Assembly: GCA_013239625.1 (NCBI GenBank)
Contig: MU053444.1
Span: forward strand, 1-64,000
From: Lama guanicoe
Taxonomy: Eukaryota
Direction: 5' to 3'
DNA length: 64,000 bases
Shown: in pieces, positions 1-12,773 of the stretch
How the letters are laid out: every line of letters starts with the position of its first letter
Position numbering within the stretch: the first letter of the stretch is position 1
Notes under the pieces: model-generated
Database searches by the model: none
Told to the model about the DNA's origin: nothing
The model's input: the letters and a program-made list of their open reading frames with translations, nothing else
Translations under genes and position numbers: made by a program

Positions 1-3000
1 GTCCTTCAACTTGTCCGTTGGGAACACAAAGTTTTTTTTTCACCGGCAATCTCCACTATATCCATATATATGGGGAGGTTAAAGCTCCAAATCGGTTTCA
101 CAGTCAAAACTGCAAGAACTGCAAACCGGCACTCGGAAACACACTGAGAAACCAGAGTAAGTGTTTCTCCTGCATCCTGTTCCATCTGTGCTAGATGAAC
201 GAATGTCTCTGACCATGCTCAGTTCTGAGAAAGAATTGTTTGTGAAAGCCATCCCTCACCTAGCTTGTTGGGAACACAAAGATTCTTTTCAGCTGCAAAC
301 TCCACTAAATGCATATATATGGGAAGGTAAAAGCTCCAACTCGTTTTCACAGAGAAACCTGCAGGAACTGCAAAAAGTCACTAGGAAACACACTGAGAAA
401 ACAAAGTAATTTTTTCTCCTGCAACCCGTTCCCTGTGTGCTATATGAATGAAAGTCTCTTCGCATGCTCAGTTCGGAGAGATAACTAAGTGTCAAAGCCG
501 TACCTCACCTAGATTGTTGGGAACACAAACTTCCTATTCAGCTGCAAACTCAACTACATTCATATATATGGGGAGGAACAAGCTCCAAATCGAATTCACA
601 GTGAAAACTGCAGGAACTGCAAACCGGCCCTAGGAAACACACTGAGAATCCAGAGTAACTGTTTCTCCTGCAACCCGTTCCATGTGTGCTAGAAGAACGA
701 ACGTCTCTCCACATGCTCAGTTCTTAGAGATAAATGGGTGTGAAAGCCGTAATTCACCTAGCTTGTTGGGAACAGAAATTTCTTTCAGCTACAAACTCCA
801 CTAAATTCATATATATGAGGAGGTTCAAGCTCCAACTTGGTTACACAGTGAAAACTGCAGGAAATTCAAACCAACACTCGGAAACACACTAGGAAGCCAG
901 AGTATGTGTTTCTCCTGCTTCCCGTTCCCAATGTGCTTGATGAACGAACGTCTCTCCACATGCACATTTCTGAGAGATAAGTGAGTGTGAAAGCCGTCCT
1001 TCTCCGAGCTTGTTGGGAATAGGAAGTTTCTTTTCAGCTTCAAATACCAATACATTCATATATATGGGGAGGTACAAACTCCAACTCGGATTCACAGTGA
1101 AATCTGCAGAAACTGCAAACCGACACTAGGAAACACACTGAGAAACCAGAGTAACTGTTTCTGCTGCAACCCGTTCTCTGTGTGCTAGATGAATGAACGT
1201 CTCTATACATGCTCAGTTCTGAGTGAGAATTGTGGGTGAAAGCCTTCCTTCAACTTACTCTTTGGTAACACAAAGTTTCTTTTCAGCAGCAAACCCCAAT
1301 ACATACATATATATGAGTAGGTAGAATCTGCAACTCGGTTTCACAGTGAAATCTGCAGGAACTGCAAACCAGCACTACGAAACGCACTGAGAAACCAGAG
1401 TAAGTGTTTCTTCTGAAACCCGTTCCCTGTGTGCTACATGAACAAAAGTCTGTTCACATGCTAAGATCTGAGAGATAAGTGTGTGTGAAAGCCGTTCTAT
1501 TCCCAGCTGGTTGGGAACAGAAAGTTTCTTTTCAGCTGCAAACTCCACTACTTTCATATATATAGGGAGGTAAAAGCTCCAACTCGGTTACACAGTGAAA
1601 CCTGCAGGAACTGCAAAATGTCACTAGGAAACACATGAGAAACCAGAGTAAGTGTTTCTCCTGCAACCCGTTCCCATGTGCTAAATGAAAGGACGTCTTT
1701 CCATATGCTCCGTTCTGAGAGATAAGTGTGTGTGAAAGCCGTTCTTCACCTTGCTTGTTGGGAACAGAAATTTTCTTTTCAGCTGCAAATACCACTACAT
1801 TCATATATATGTGGAGGTACAAGCTCCAAATCGGGTACACAGCGAACTGTGAAGGAACTGCAAACCGGCACAAGTAAACACACTGAGAAACCAGAGTAAT
1901 AGTTTCTCCTGCAACCCGTTCCCTGTGTGCTAGATGAACGAACTTTGCTCCAAATGCTCAGTTCTGAGAGATATGTGTATGTGAATTCCACACTTCACAC
2001 AGATTGTTGGGAACACAAAGTTTCTTTTCAGTTGTAAACCACACACATTCATATATATATGGAGGTACAAGCTCCAACTCTGTTTCACAGTGAAAACTGC
2101 AGGAACTGGAAACTGGCACTCGGAAACACACTGAGAAACCAGAGTAATTGTTTCTCCTGCAACCCGTTCCCTGTGTGCTAGATGAACGAAAGTCTCTCCA
2201 CATGTTAAATTCTGAGAGATACATGTGTCTGAAAGCTGTACTTCACCTAGCTTTATAGGAACACAAAGTTTCATTTCAGATGCAAACTCCACTATATTCA
2301 TATATATGGGGAGGTACAAGCTCCAAAACGGTTTCACNNNNNNNNNNNNNNNNNNNNNNNNNNNNNNNNNNNNNNNNNNNNNNNNNNNNNNNNNNNNNNN
2401 NNNNNNNNNNNNNNNNNNNNNNNNNNNNNNNNNNNNNNNNNNNNNNNNNNNNNNNNNNNNNNNNNNNNNNNNNNNNNNNNNNNNNNNNNNNNNNNNNNNN
2501 NNNNNNNNNNNNNNNNNNNNNNNNNNNNNNNNNNNNNNNNNNNNNNNTACATTCATAGAGAAGGTACAAGCTCCAACTCGGATTCACTGTGAAACCCGCA
2601 GGAACTGCAAACCGGCACAAGGAAACACCCTGAGAATCCAGAGTAAGTGTTTCTCCTGCAACCCTTTCCCTGTGTGCTAGATGAAGGAACGTCTCTCCAC
2701 ATGCTCATTTCTGAGAGTTAAGTGACTGTGAAAGCCGTCCTTCATCTTCCTTGTTGGGAACAGGAAGTTTCTTTTCAACTGCAAATTCCACTACATTCAT
2801 ATTTTTGGGTGGGAAAAAGCTCCAAATCGGTTTCACAGTGAAATCTGAAGGAACTGCAGACCGGCACTAGGAAACACACTGAGTAACCAGAGTAAAGGTT
2901 TCTCCTGTACCATATTGCAATTGTGCTAGATGAATTAGCGTCTATCCACATGCACATTTCTGTGAGATAAGTGTGTGTGTAAGCCGTCATTCAAATATTT

Positions 3001-6000
3001 TGCTGGGAACACAAAGTTTCTTTTCAGCGGCAAACTCCACTACATTCATATATATGGGGAGGTACAAGCTCCAAATCGGTTTCACAGTCAAAACTGCAGA
3101 AACTGCAAACAGGCACTCGGAAACACACTGAGCAACCAGAGTATAAGTTTCTCCTGCAACCCGTTCCCTGTGTGCTAGATGAACGAACGTCTCTCCACAT
3201 GCTCAGTTCTGAGAGTTAAGTGTGTGTGAAAGCCGTCCTTCACCTAGCTTGTTGGTAACACAAAGTTTCTTTTCAGCTGCAAACTACACTACATTCATAT
3301 ATATGGCGAAGTACAAGCTCCAAATTGGTTTCACGGTGAAAACTGCAGGAAGTGCAAACCGGCACTCGGAAACACACTGAGAAACCAGAGTAATAGTTTC
3401 TCCTGCAACCCGTTCCCTGTCTGCTGGATGAACGGAAGTCTCTCCACATGCACATTTCTGAGAGATAAGTGAGTGTGAAAGCCGTACTTCACCTAGGTTG
3501 TTGGGAATAGGAAGCATCTTTTCAGCAGCAAATACCTGTACATTCATATATATGGCGAGTTACAAACTCCAACTCGGATGCACAGTAAAATCTGCAGAAA
3601 CTGCAAACCGACACTAGGAAACACACTGAGAAACCAGAGTAAGTGTTTCTGCTTTAACCCATTCAATTTGTGCTAGATGAACTGTCGTCTCTTCACATGC
3701 ACATTTCTGAGAGATAAATGTGTGTGAAACCCGTTCTTCACCTAGCTTGTTTGGAACACAAAGTTTCTTTCCAGCTGCAAACTACACTAAATTCATATAT
3801 ATGGGGAGGTACAAGCTCCAACTCGGTTTCACAGTGAAAACTGCAGGAACTACCAACCGGAACTAGGAAACACACTGAGAACCCAGAGTAAGTGTTTCTC
3901 CTACAACCCGTTCCCTGTGTGCTAGATGAACGAACGTCTTTCCACATGCTAATTACTCAGATAAGTGAGTGTGAAAGCCATCCTTCACCTAGCTTGTTGG
4001 GAACACAAAGATTCTTTTCAGCTGCAAACTCCAATACATTCAAATATATGGGGAGGTACAAGCTCCAAAACGGTTTCACTGTGAAAACTGCAGGAACTAC
4101 AAACCGGCACTAGGAAACACACTGAGAAACCAGAGAAAGTGTTTCTCCCGCACCCCGATCCCTGTGTGCTAAATGAACGAACGTCTCTTCACATGCTCAG
4201 TTCTGAGACATAAGTGTGTGTGATAGCCGTTCTACACCTATCTGGTTGGGAACAGAAAGTTTCTTTTCATCTGCAACCTCCACTACTTTCATATATATAG
4301 GGAGGTAAAAGCTCCAACTCGGTTTCACAGTGAAAACTGTAGGAACTTCAAACCGGCACTAGGAAACACATGAGATACCAGAGTAAGTGTTTCTCATGCA
4401 ACCCGTTCCCGGTGTGCTAGATGAAAGAACTACTCTACACATGATCAGTTCTAAGAGAGAATTGTGTGTGAAAGCCGTCCTTCACCTAGCTTGAAGGGAG
4501 CACAAAGTTTCTTTTCAGTTGCTAACTCCTCTAAATTCATATATATGGGAAGGTACAAGATACAACTCGGTTACACAGTGAAAACTACAGGAACTGCAAA
4601 CCATCACTCGAAAACACACTGAGAAACCGGAGTAAGTGTTTCTCTGCAACCCGTTCCCTGTGTGCAAGATGAACGAAAGTCAATTCACATGCTCAGTTCT
4701 GAGACATAAGTGTGTGTGAAAGCCGAACTTCATCTAGGTTGTTGGGAACACAAAGTTTCTTTTCAGCTGCAAAATCCACTACATTCATATATATGGGGAG
4801 GTACAAGCTCCATCTTGGTTTCACAGTAAAAACTGCAGGAACTGCAAACCAGCACTAGGAAACACACTGAGAAAGCAGAGTAAGTGTTTCTCCTGCAACC
4901 CGTTCCCATGTGTTAAATGAAAAGTTGTCTTTCCACATGCTCCGTTCTGAGAGATAAGTGTGTGTGAAAGCCGTTCTTCACCTAGCTTCTTGGGAATAGA
5001 AATTTTCTTTTCAGCTGCAAATACCAATACATTCATATATATGGGGAGGTACAAGCTCCAAATCGGGTTCACAGCGAACTCTGAAAGAACTGCAAACCGG
5101 CACAAGTAAACACACTGAGAAACCAGAGAAAGGGTTTCTTCTGTAACACATTCCATTTGTGCTACAAGAACGAACGTCTCTCCACATGCACATTTCTGAG
5201 AGATACGTGTGTGTGAACGCCGTCCTTCACCTAGCTTGTTGGGAACACAAAATTTCTTTTCAGTTGCAAACTCCACCTCATTCATATATATGACGAGGTA
5301 CAAGCTCCAACTCGGTTTCACAGTGAAAACTGCAGGAACAGCAAACCGGCACTCGGAAACACACTGAGAAACCAGAGTAAGTATTTCTCCTGCAACCCGT
5401 TCCCTGTGTGCAAGACGAACGAACGTCTCTCCACATGCTCAGTCCTGAGAGATAACTCTGTGTGAAAGCCGCCTTTCAACTAGCTTGTTGGGAACACAAA
5501 GTTTCTTTTCAGCTGCAAACTCCACTTCATTAATATATATGGGGAGGTATAAACTCCAAATCGGTTACAGAGTGAAAACTGCAGGAACTGCAAACCGACA
5601 CTCGGAAACACACGGAGAAACCAGAGAAAGTGTTTCTCCTTTATCCCATTCCATGTGTGCTGGATGAACGAACGTCTCTCCACATGCACATTTCTGAGAG
5701 ATAAATGTGTGTGAAAACCGTCCTTCACCTAGCTTCTTGGGAACAGAAAGTTTCTTTTCAGCTGTAAACTCCACTACATTCATATATATGTGGAGGTACA
5801 ATCTCCAACTCTGTTTGGCAGTGAAGACAGCAGGAACTGTAAACCGGAACTAGGAAACACACTGAGAAACCAGAGTAATAGTTTCTCCTGCAATCCGTTC
5901 CATGAGTGCTAGATGAACGAACGTTGCTCCAAATGCTCAGTTCTGAGAGATAAGTGTGTGTGAAAGCCTTACCTCGCTAGCTTCTTGGATACACAAAGTT

Positions 6001-9000
6001 TCTTTTCAGTTGTAAACCACACACATTCATATATATGGGGAGGTACAAGCTCCAACTCGGTTTACAGTGAGAACTGAAGGAACTGCAAACCGGCACTAGA
6101 AAACACACTGAGAAACCAGAGCAAGTGTTTCCCTACACACTGTTCCCTGTTTGTCAGATGAACGAATGTCTCTACACATGCTCTGTTCTGAGAGATAAGT
6201 GTGTGTGAAAGCCGTCCTTCACCTAGCTTATTGGGAACACCGAGTTTCTTATAAGCTGCAAACTCCACTACATTCATATATATGTGGAGGTACAAGCTCC
6301 AACTCTGTTTCACAGTGAAAACTGCAGGAACTACCAACGGGAACTAGGAAACACACTGAGCAACCAGAGTATATGTTTCTCCTGCAACCCGTTCCCTGTG
6401 TGCTAGATGAACGAAAGTCTCTCCACATGCACATTTCTGAGATATAAGTGAGTGTGAAAGCCGTACTTCACCTAGCTTGTTGGGAATAGGAAGTTTCTTT
6501 TCAGCTGCAAATACCAATACATTCATATATATGGGGAGGTACAAACTACTAGGAAACACACTGAGAAACCAGAGTAATTGTTTCTCCTGCAACCCGTTCC
6601 CTGTGTGCTAGATGAACGAAAGTCTCTCCACATGCACATTTCTGAGATATAAGTGAGTGTGAAAGCCGTACTTCACCTAGCTTGTTGGGAATAGGAAGTT
6701 TCTTTTCAGCTGCAAATACCAATACATTCATATATATGGGGAGGTACAAACTCCAACTCGGATTCACAGTGAAATCTGCAGAAACTGCAAACCGACACTA
6801 GGAAACATAATGAGAAACCAGAGTAAATGTTTCTCCTACAACCCGTTCCCTGTGTGCTAGATGAACGAACGTCTTTCCACATGCTAATTACTCAGATAAG
6901 GGAGTGTGAAAGCCGTCCTTCACCTAGCTTGAAGGGAACACCAAGTTTCTTTTCAGTTGCCAACTCCACTCCATACATATATATGGGGAGGTACAAGCTC
7001 CAACTCGGTTTTACAGTGAAAACGGCAGGCACTTCAAACCGGCACTAGGAAACAGACTGAGAAACCAGAGTAAGGGTTTCTCCTGTAATACATTCCATTT
7101 GTGCTACAAGAACGAACGTCTCTCCACATGCACATTTCTGAGAAAAAAGTGTGTGTGAAAGCCGTCTTTCACCTAGCTTGTTGGGAACACAAAGTTACTT
7201 TTCAGCTGCAAATTCCACTACATTCATATATATGGGGAGATACAAGCTCCAGCTCGGTTTACAGTGAAAACTGCAGGAAATGTAAACTGGCACTAGGAAA
7301 CACACTGAGAACCCTGAGAAAGTGTTTCTCCTGCAACCCATTCCCTGTGTTCTAGATGAACAGAAGTATCTCCACATGCTCAGTTCTGAGAGATAACTGT
7401 GTGTGAAAGCCGTCCTTCCCCTTGCTTGTTGGGAATACAAAGTTTCTTTTCAGCTGCAAAATCCACTGAATTCATATATATGGGGAAGTACAAGCTCCAA
7501 CTCAGTTTTACTGTGAAAACTGCAGGAACTGCAAACCGGCACTAGGAAACACACTGAGATCCCGGAGAATGTGTTTCTCCTGCAACCCATTCCTGTGTGG
7601 TAGATGAACAAAAGTATCTCCACATGCTCAGTTCTGAGAGATATGTGTGTGTGAAAGCCGTCCGTCGCTAGCTCGTTTTGAACACAGTTTCTTTTCAGCT
7701 GCAAACCCCACTACATTCATATATATGTGGAGGTACAAGCTCCAAATCGGGTTTACAGTGAAAACTGCTAGAAATGTAAAGTGGCACTAGGAAACACACT
7801 GAGAACCCGGAGAAAGTGTTTGTCCTGCAACCCATTTCCTGTGTGCTAGATGAACAAAAGTATCTCCACATGCTCAGTTCTGAGAGATAAATGTGTTTGA
7901 AAGCCGTCCTTCACCTTGCTTGTTGGGAACACAAAGTTTCTTTTCAGCTGCAAAATCCCCTGAATTCATATATATGGGGAAGTACAAGCTACAATTCAGT
8001 TTTACAGTGAAAACTGCAGGAACTGCAAACCGGCACTAGAAAACACACTGAGAAACCAGAGTAAGTGTTTCTCCTGCAACCCGTTCCCTGTGTGCTAGAT
8101 GAATGAACGTCTCTCCACATGCTCAGTTCTGAGAGATAAGTGTGTGTGAAAGCCGTCACTCGCTATCTTGTTGGGAACTCAATGTTTCTTTTAAGCTCCA
8201 ACTCCACTACATTCATATGTATGTTGAGGTACAAGCTCTAAATCGTTTTCACAGTGAAAAATGCAGGAACTGCAAACCGTCACTAGGAAACACACTGATA
8301 AACCAGAGAAATTGTTTCTCCTGAAACCTGTTCCCTGTGTCCCAGATGAAAGAACGTCTCTCCACATGCTCAGTTCTGAGAGATAAGTGTGTGTGAAAGC
8401 CGTACTTCACCTAGCTTGTTGGGAACACAGTTTGTTTTCAGCTGCAAACTCCACTACATTCATATATATGGGAATGTACAAGTTCCAAATCGGTTTTACC
8501 GTGAAATCTGCAGGAACTGCAAGCCGGCACTAGGAAACACAGTGAGAAACCAGAGTAAGTGTTTCTCCTGCAACCCGTTCCCTGTGTGCTAGATGAACGA
8601 AAGTCTCTCCAAATGCTCAGTTCTGAGAGATAAGTGTGTGTGAAAACCGTCCGTCACCTAGCTTGTTGGGAACACATAGTTTCTTTTCAGCTGCAAACTC
8701 CACTACATAAGTATATATGGGGAGGTACAAATTCCAACTCGTTTTCACAGGGAAAACTGGAGGAAATGTAACCAGCACTAGGAAACAAACTGAGAAACCA
8801 GAGTAATTGTTTCTCCTGCAAACCGTTCCCTGTGTGCTAGATGAACGAAAGTCTGTCCACATGCTAAGTCCTTTGGGATAAGTGTGTGTGAAAGCCGTCC
8901 TTCAACTTGCATGTTGGGAAAACAAAGTTTCTTTTCAGCTGCAAACTCCAATACATTCATATATATTGGAGAAAAAATCTCCAACTCGTTTTTACAGTGA

Positions 9001-12000
9001 AGATTGCAGAAACAGCAAACCAGCACTAGGAAACTCACTGAGAAACCACAGTATTTATTTCTTCTGCAACCGTTCCCTTTTTGCTAGATGAACGAACGTC
9101 TCTCCACATGCTCAGTTCAGAGCTATTAGTGTGTGTGAAAGCCGTCCTTCACCTAGCTTGTTGTGAACACAAATTTTCTTTTCCACAATAAACCACACTA
9201 CATTTATATATATGGGGAGGTACAAGCTCCAACTCGGTTTTACAGTGAAACCTGCAGGAACTGCAAACCGGCACTAGGAAACAGACTGAGAAATCAGATG
9301 TAAGTTTTCTCCTGCAAGCTATTCCCTGTGTGCCTGATGCGTGAACAACTCTCCAAATATTTAGGTCTGAATGATAATTTTTTGTGAATAACGTTCTTCA
9401 CATTCCTTTGTTGGAACAAAAACGTTCCTTTCGTTTCAAAGCTGCAATTCATACATGTATGTTGGAATTTACTAGCTCCAACTCGGTTTTACAGTGAATA
9501 CTGCAGAAATTTCAAACGGCAATAGTAAACAGACTGAGAAACCAGAGTACGTGTTTCTCCTGCAAGCCGTTCCCTGTGTGCAACATGAATGAACTTTTCT
9601 CCACATGCTCATATCTGGGAGATAATTGTTTGTGGAAGCCATACTTCACCAAGCTTGTTGGGAACACAAATTTTTTTCAACTGTAAATTAAATTACTTAC
9701 AGTTATATGGGGAAGCAAAAGCTCCAAAACGGATTTACAGTAAAACTTGCAGAATTTGTGAACCGGCACTAAGAAACTGAATGATAAACAAGAGTAATTG
9801 TTTCTCCTGCATTCCATTCCATTTGTGCTAGATGAACGAACGTCTCTCCACATGCTCAGGTCTGAGGGATAGGTGTGTGTGAAATCCATCTTCACGTAGC
9901 TTGTATTAAACACAAAGCTTCCTTTCATTTGAAAACTTCACTACTTACATATATATGGTTTTGTACTATCTCCAAATAGGTTTTATAGCAAAACTGCCGG
10001 AACTTCAAACCACCACTAGGAATCAGGCTGAGAATCCATAGTAAGATTTTCCCCTGCAACCCGTTTCCTGTGTGCTAGATGAGGGAACGTCTCTCCTCAT
10101 GCTCATTTCTGAGAGGGAAGTGTGTGTGAAAGCCACCCTTTATATAGCGTGTTAGAAACACAAACTTTCTTTTCAGCTGAAAATACCACTACCAGCATAT
10201 ATATGGAAAAGTACTAACAGAAAACCCGGTTTACAGGGAAAACTGGATAACTTGAAACCTGCGCTTGGAAAGAGACTTAGAAACCGTAGTAAATGTTTCA
10301 CTTGCCACCCATTCACTTCGTGCCAGATGAACCAACATCTCTCCACATGCTCAGTTCTTAGAGATAAGTGTGTTTGAATGCCATCTTTCACCACCTTCTT
10401 GGGAAATCTAAGTTTGCCTTCTGTTTTAATTTCCACTATATAAATATATAAGGCTCAGTACTTCCTCCAACATGTTTTCACAGTTAAAACTGCAGGAACT
10501 TCAAAGCGACACTAAGAAACAGACTGAGAATCAAGAGGAAGTGTTTCTCATGCAACCCATTGCATTTGTGGAAGATGAGCGACGGCCTCTCCACATGCTC
10601 ATTTCTCAGAGATAGTTGTGTGTGAAAGCCTTCCTTCATATAGCTTGTTGGAAACACAAGGTTTCCTATCAGTTGGAAATTTCACTATATTCATATATAT
10701 GGTAAAGTTCTTACTCCAACACGGTTTTAAAATGAAAACTGAAGGAAGTTCAAAATGGCACTAGGAAATATACTGTGAAACCAGTTAACGATTTTCTCCA
10801 GCAGCGCGTTGCATTTGTTCTTGATGAACGAACCTCCCTCCACATGCTCATTTCTGAGAGATATTTCTGTGTGAAAGCAGTCCTCCACCTAGCTTGTTGG
10901 GAGCAGAAATTTTCATTTCAGTTTGAAATTTCACTACTTACACATATATGGGAAATACATGCTCCAACTTGCATTAACAGTGAAAATTGCAAGAACTTAA
11001 AAACCGGCATAAGGATACAGACAGAGATACCAATGTATGTGTTTCTCCTGGAACCTGATCCTTTTTGCTAGAAGAACGAACATCTCTCCATATGCTCATG
11101 TTAGATTTATAAGTGTCTGTCAATTCCCTCCTTTAAAGAGCTTGAAGGGAACACAAAGTTTCTTTTCAGTTGTAAACTCCACTACATGCATATATATGGG
11201 GAGGTACAAGCTCCAACTCAGTTTTACAGTGAAAACTGTAGGAACTTCAAACACGAACTAGGAAACAGACTGAAAATCCAGGGTAAGTGTTTAACCTTTA
11301 AAAGGTTCCCTTTCTGCTAGATGAACGAACGTCTCTCCACATGCTGAGTTCTGAGGGATAATTGTGTGTGATAGCCGACCTCCACCTAGCTTGTTGGGAA
11401 CACAAAATTCCTTTCAGTTGGAAGCTACACTACTTACATTTATATGGAGTGGTACTAACTCCAACTTGGTTTAACAGGCAAAATTGCAGGAATGTCAAAC
11501 TAACACTAGGAAACAATCTGAGAATCCAGAATAAGTGTTTCTACTGTAACACTTTCACATTGTGCTACACGATTGAACGTCTCTGCACATGCTCAGTTCT
11601 GAGATATATGTGTGTATGATAGCCACCTTGACATTGCTCTATGGGAACATAAATTTTTCTTTCATTTTGAAACTGCACTACTTAGATATATATGTGGAGG
11701 TACAGGCTCCAATATGGATTTATGTTGAAATTTGCAGGAATATCAAACGGTAATAAGAAATGCACTGAGAATCCAGAATAAGTGTTTCTCCTGCAACTCG
11801 TTCCATTTGTGCTAGATGAATGAATTCCTCTCCACATGCTCTGTTCTGAGAGATAAGTGTTTGTGTAACCAGTCCTTCAGCTATCTTGTTGGGAACACAG
11901 AGTTTATTTCAGTTGATAACTACTCTACATAAATATATATAGGTAGGTAAAAGCTGTATTTCATTTTTACAGTAAAAACTGCAGGAACTGCCAACCGGCA

Positions 12001-12773
12001 CTAGGAAACAGACCGAGATACCATGGTAAGTGTTTCTCCGGTAACCCATTCCATTTGTGCCAAATGAAGGAACTTCTCTCCATATACACACTTCTGAGAG
12101 ATATGTGTGTGTGAAAGCCATCCTTCTCCTAGCTAGCTGGGAACACACAGATTCCTTTCAGTTGGAAACAACACTACATACATATATATGGGAGGTACAA
12201 GCTCCACCTAGATTTTACAGTGAAAACTGCAGGAACTTCAAACTGGCTTAAGGAAACAGACTGAGTACCCAGAGTCAGTTTTTTCCTTCAACACGCTGTC
12301 TTTGTTCCTGATGAGTGAAAAACTCTCCAAATATTCAGGGCTGAAAGATAACTGTGTTTGAAAACCATTCTTCACATACTTTTGTTGGAACAAAAATTTC
12401 CTTTCAGTTCGAAGATGTAATACATAACTATATTTTGGGAGGTACATGCTCCAACTCTGATTTACAGTAAAAAATGCAGAAACTTCAAACCAGCAGTAGG
12501 AAACAGACTGAGAAACCAGTGTACGAGTTTCTCCTACAAAATGTTCCCTTTGTGCTAGATGAACGAACTTCTCACCACATTCTCAGTTCTTAGATATAAG
12601 TGTGTGTGAAAAGGGTACTTCACCAAACTTACTGGGTACACAAAGTTTTTTGTCAGTTGGAAACTACACTACATAAATATATTTGTAAATGTTCTAAGTC
12701 CAACACAGTTTTACAGTGAAAAATGCAGGAGCTTGAAACAGACACTGGGATACAGACTGAGAAACCAGAGTAA
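1..12773 (+). repeat. 249-bp tandem satellite, forward block (~51 monomers), probably centromeric or pericentromeric
   Basis: The anchor GGAAACACACTGAGAAACCAGAGTAA (or a close variant) recurs at 135, 384, 633, 880, 1129, 1378 and 1627, a spacing of 247-249. My by-eye consensus is 249 nt and contains CTGCAG (PstI) and CCGG (MspI) sites. Monomers become visibly more degenerate after ~9.3 kb. N gap at 2338-2547. Confidence 0.97.

Noticed and set aside
135..384. Resemblance of CACACTGAGAAACC and GTGAAAGCC to the C2H2 zinc-finger linker (HTGEKP..GKAF), suggesting a ZNF origin
   Set aside because: Motif spacing does not fit the 84-bp finger repeat and there is no consistent Cys/His pattern. An nhmmer search would be needed to revive it.
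1094..1125. RSS heptamer CACAGTG in most monomers
   Set aside because: The best nonamer at 12-13 bp spacing matches only about 5 of 9 positions, and there are no V/D/J segments.
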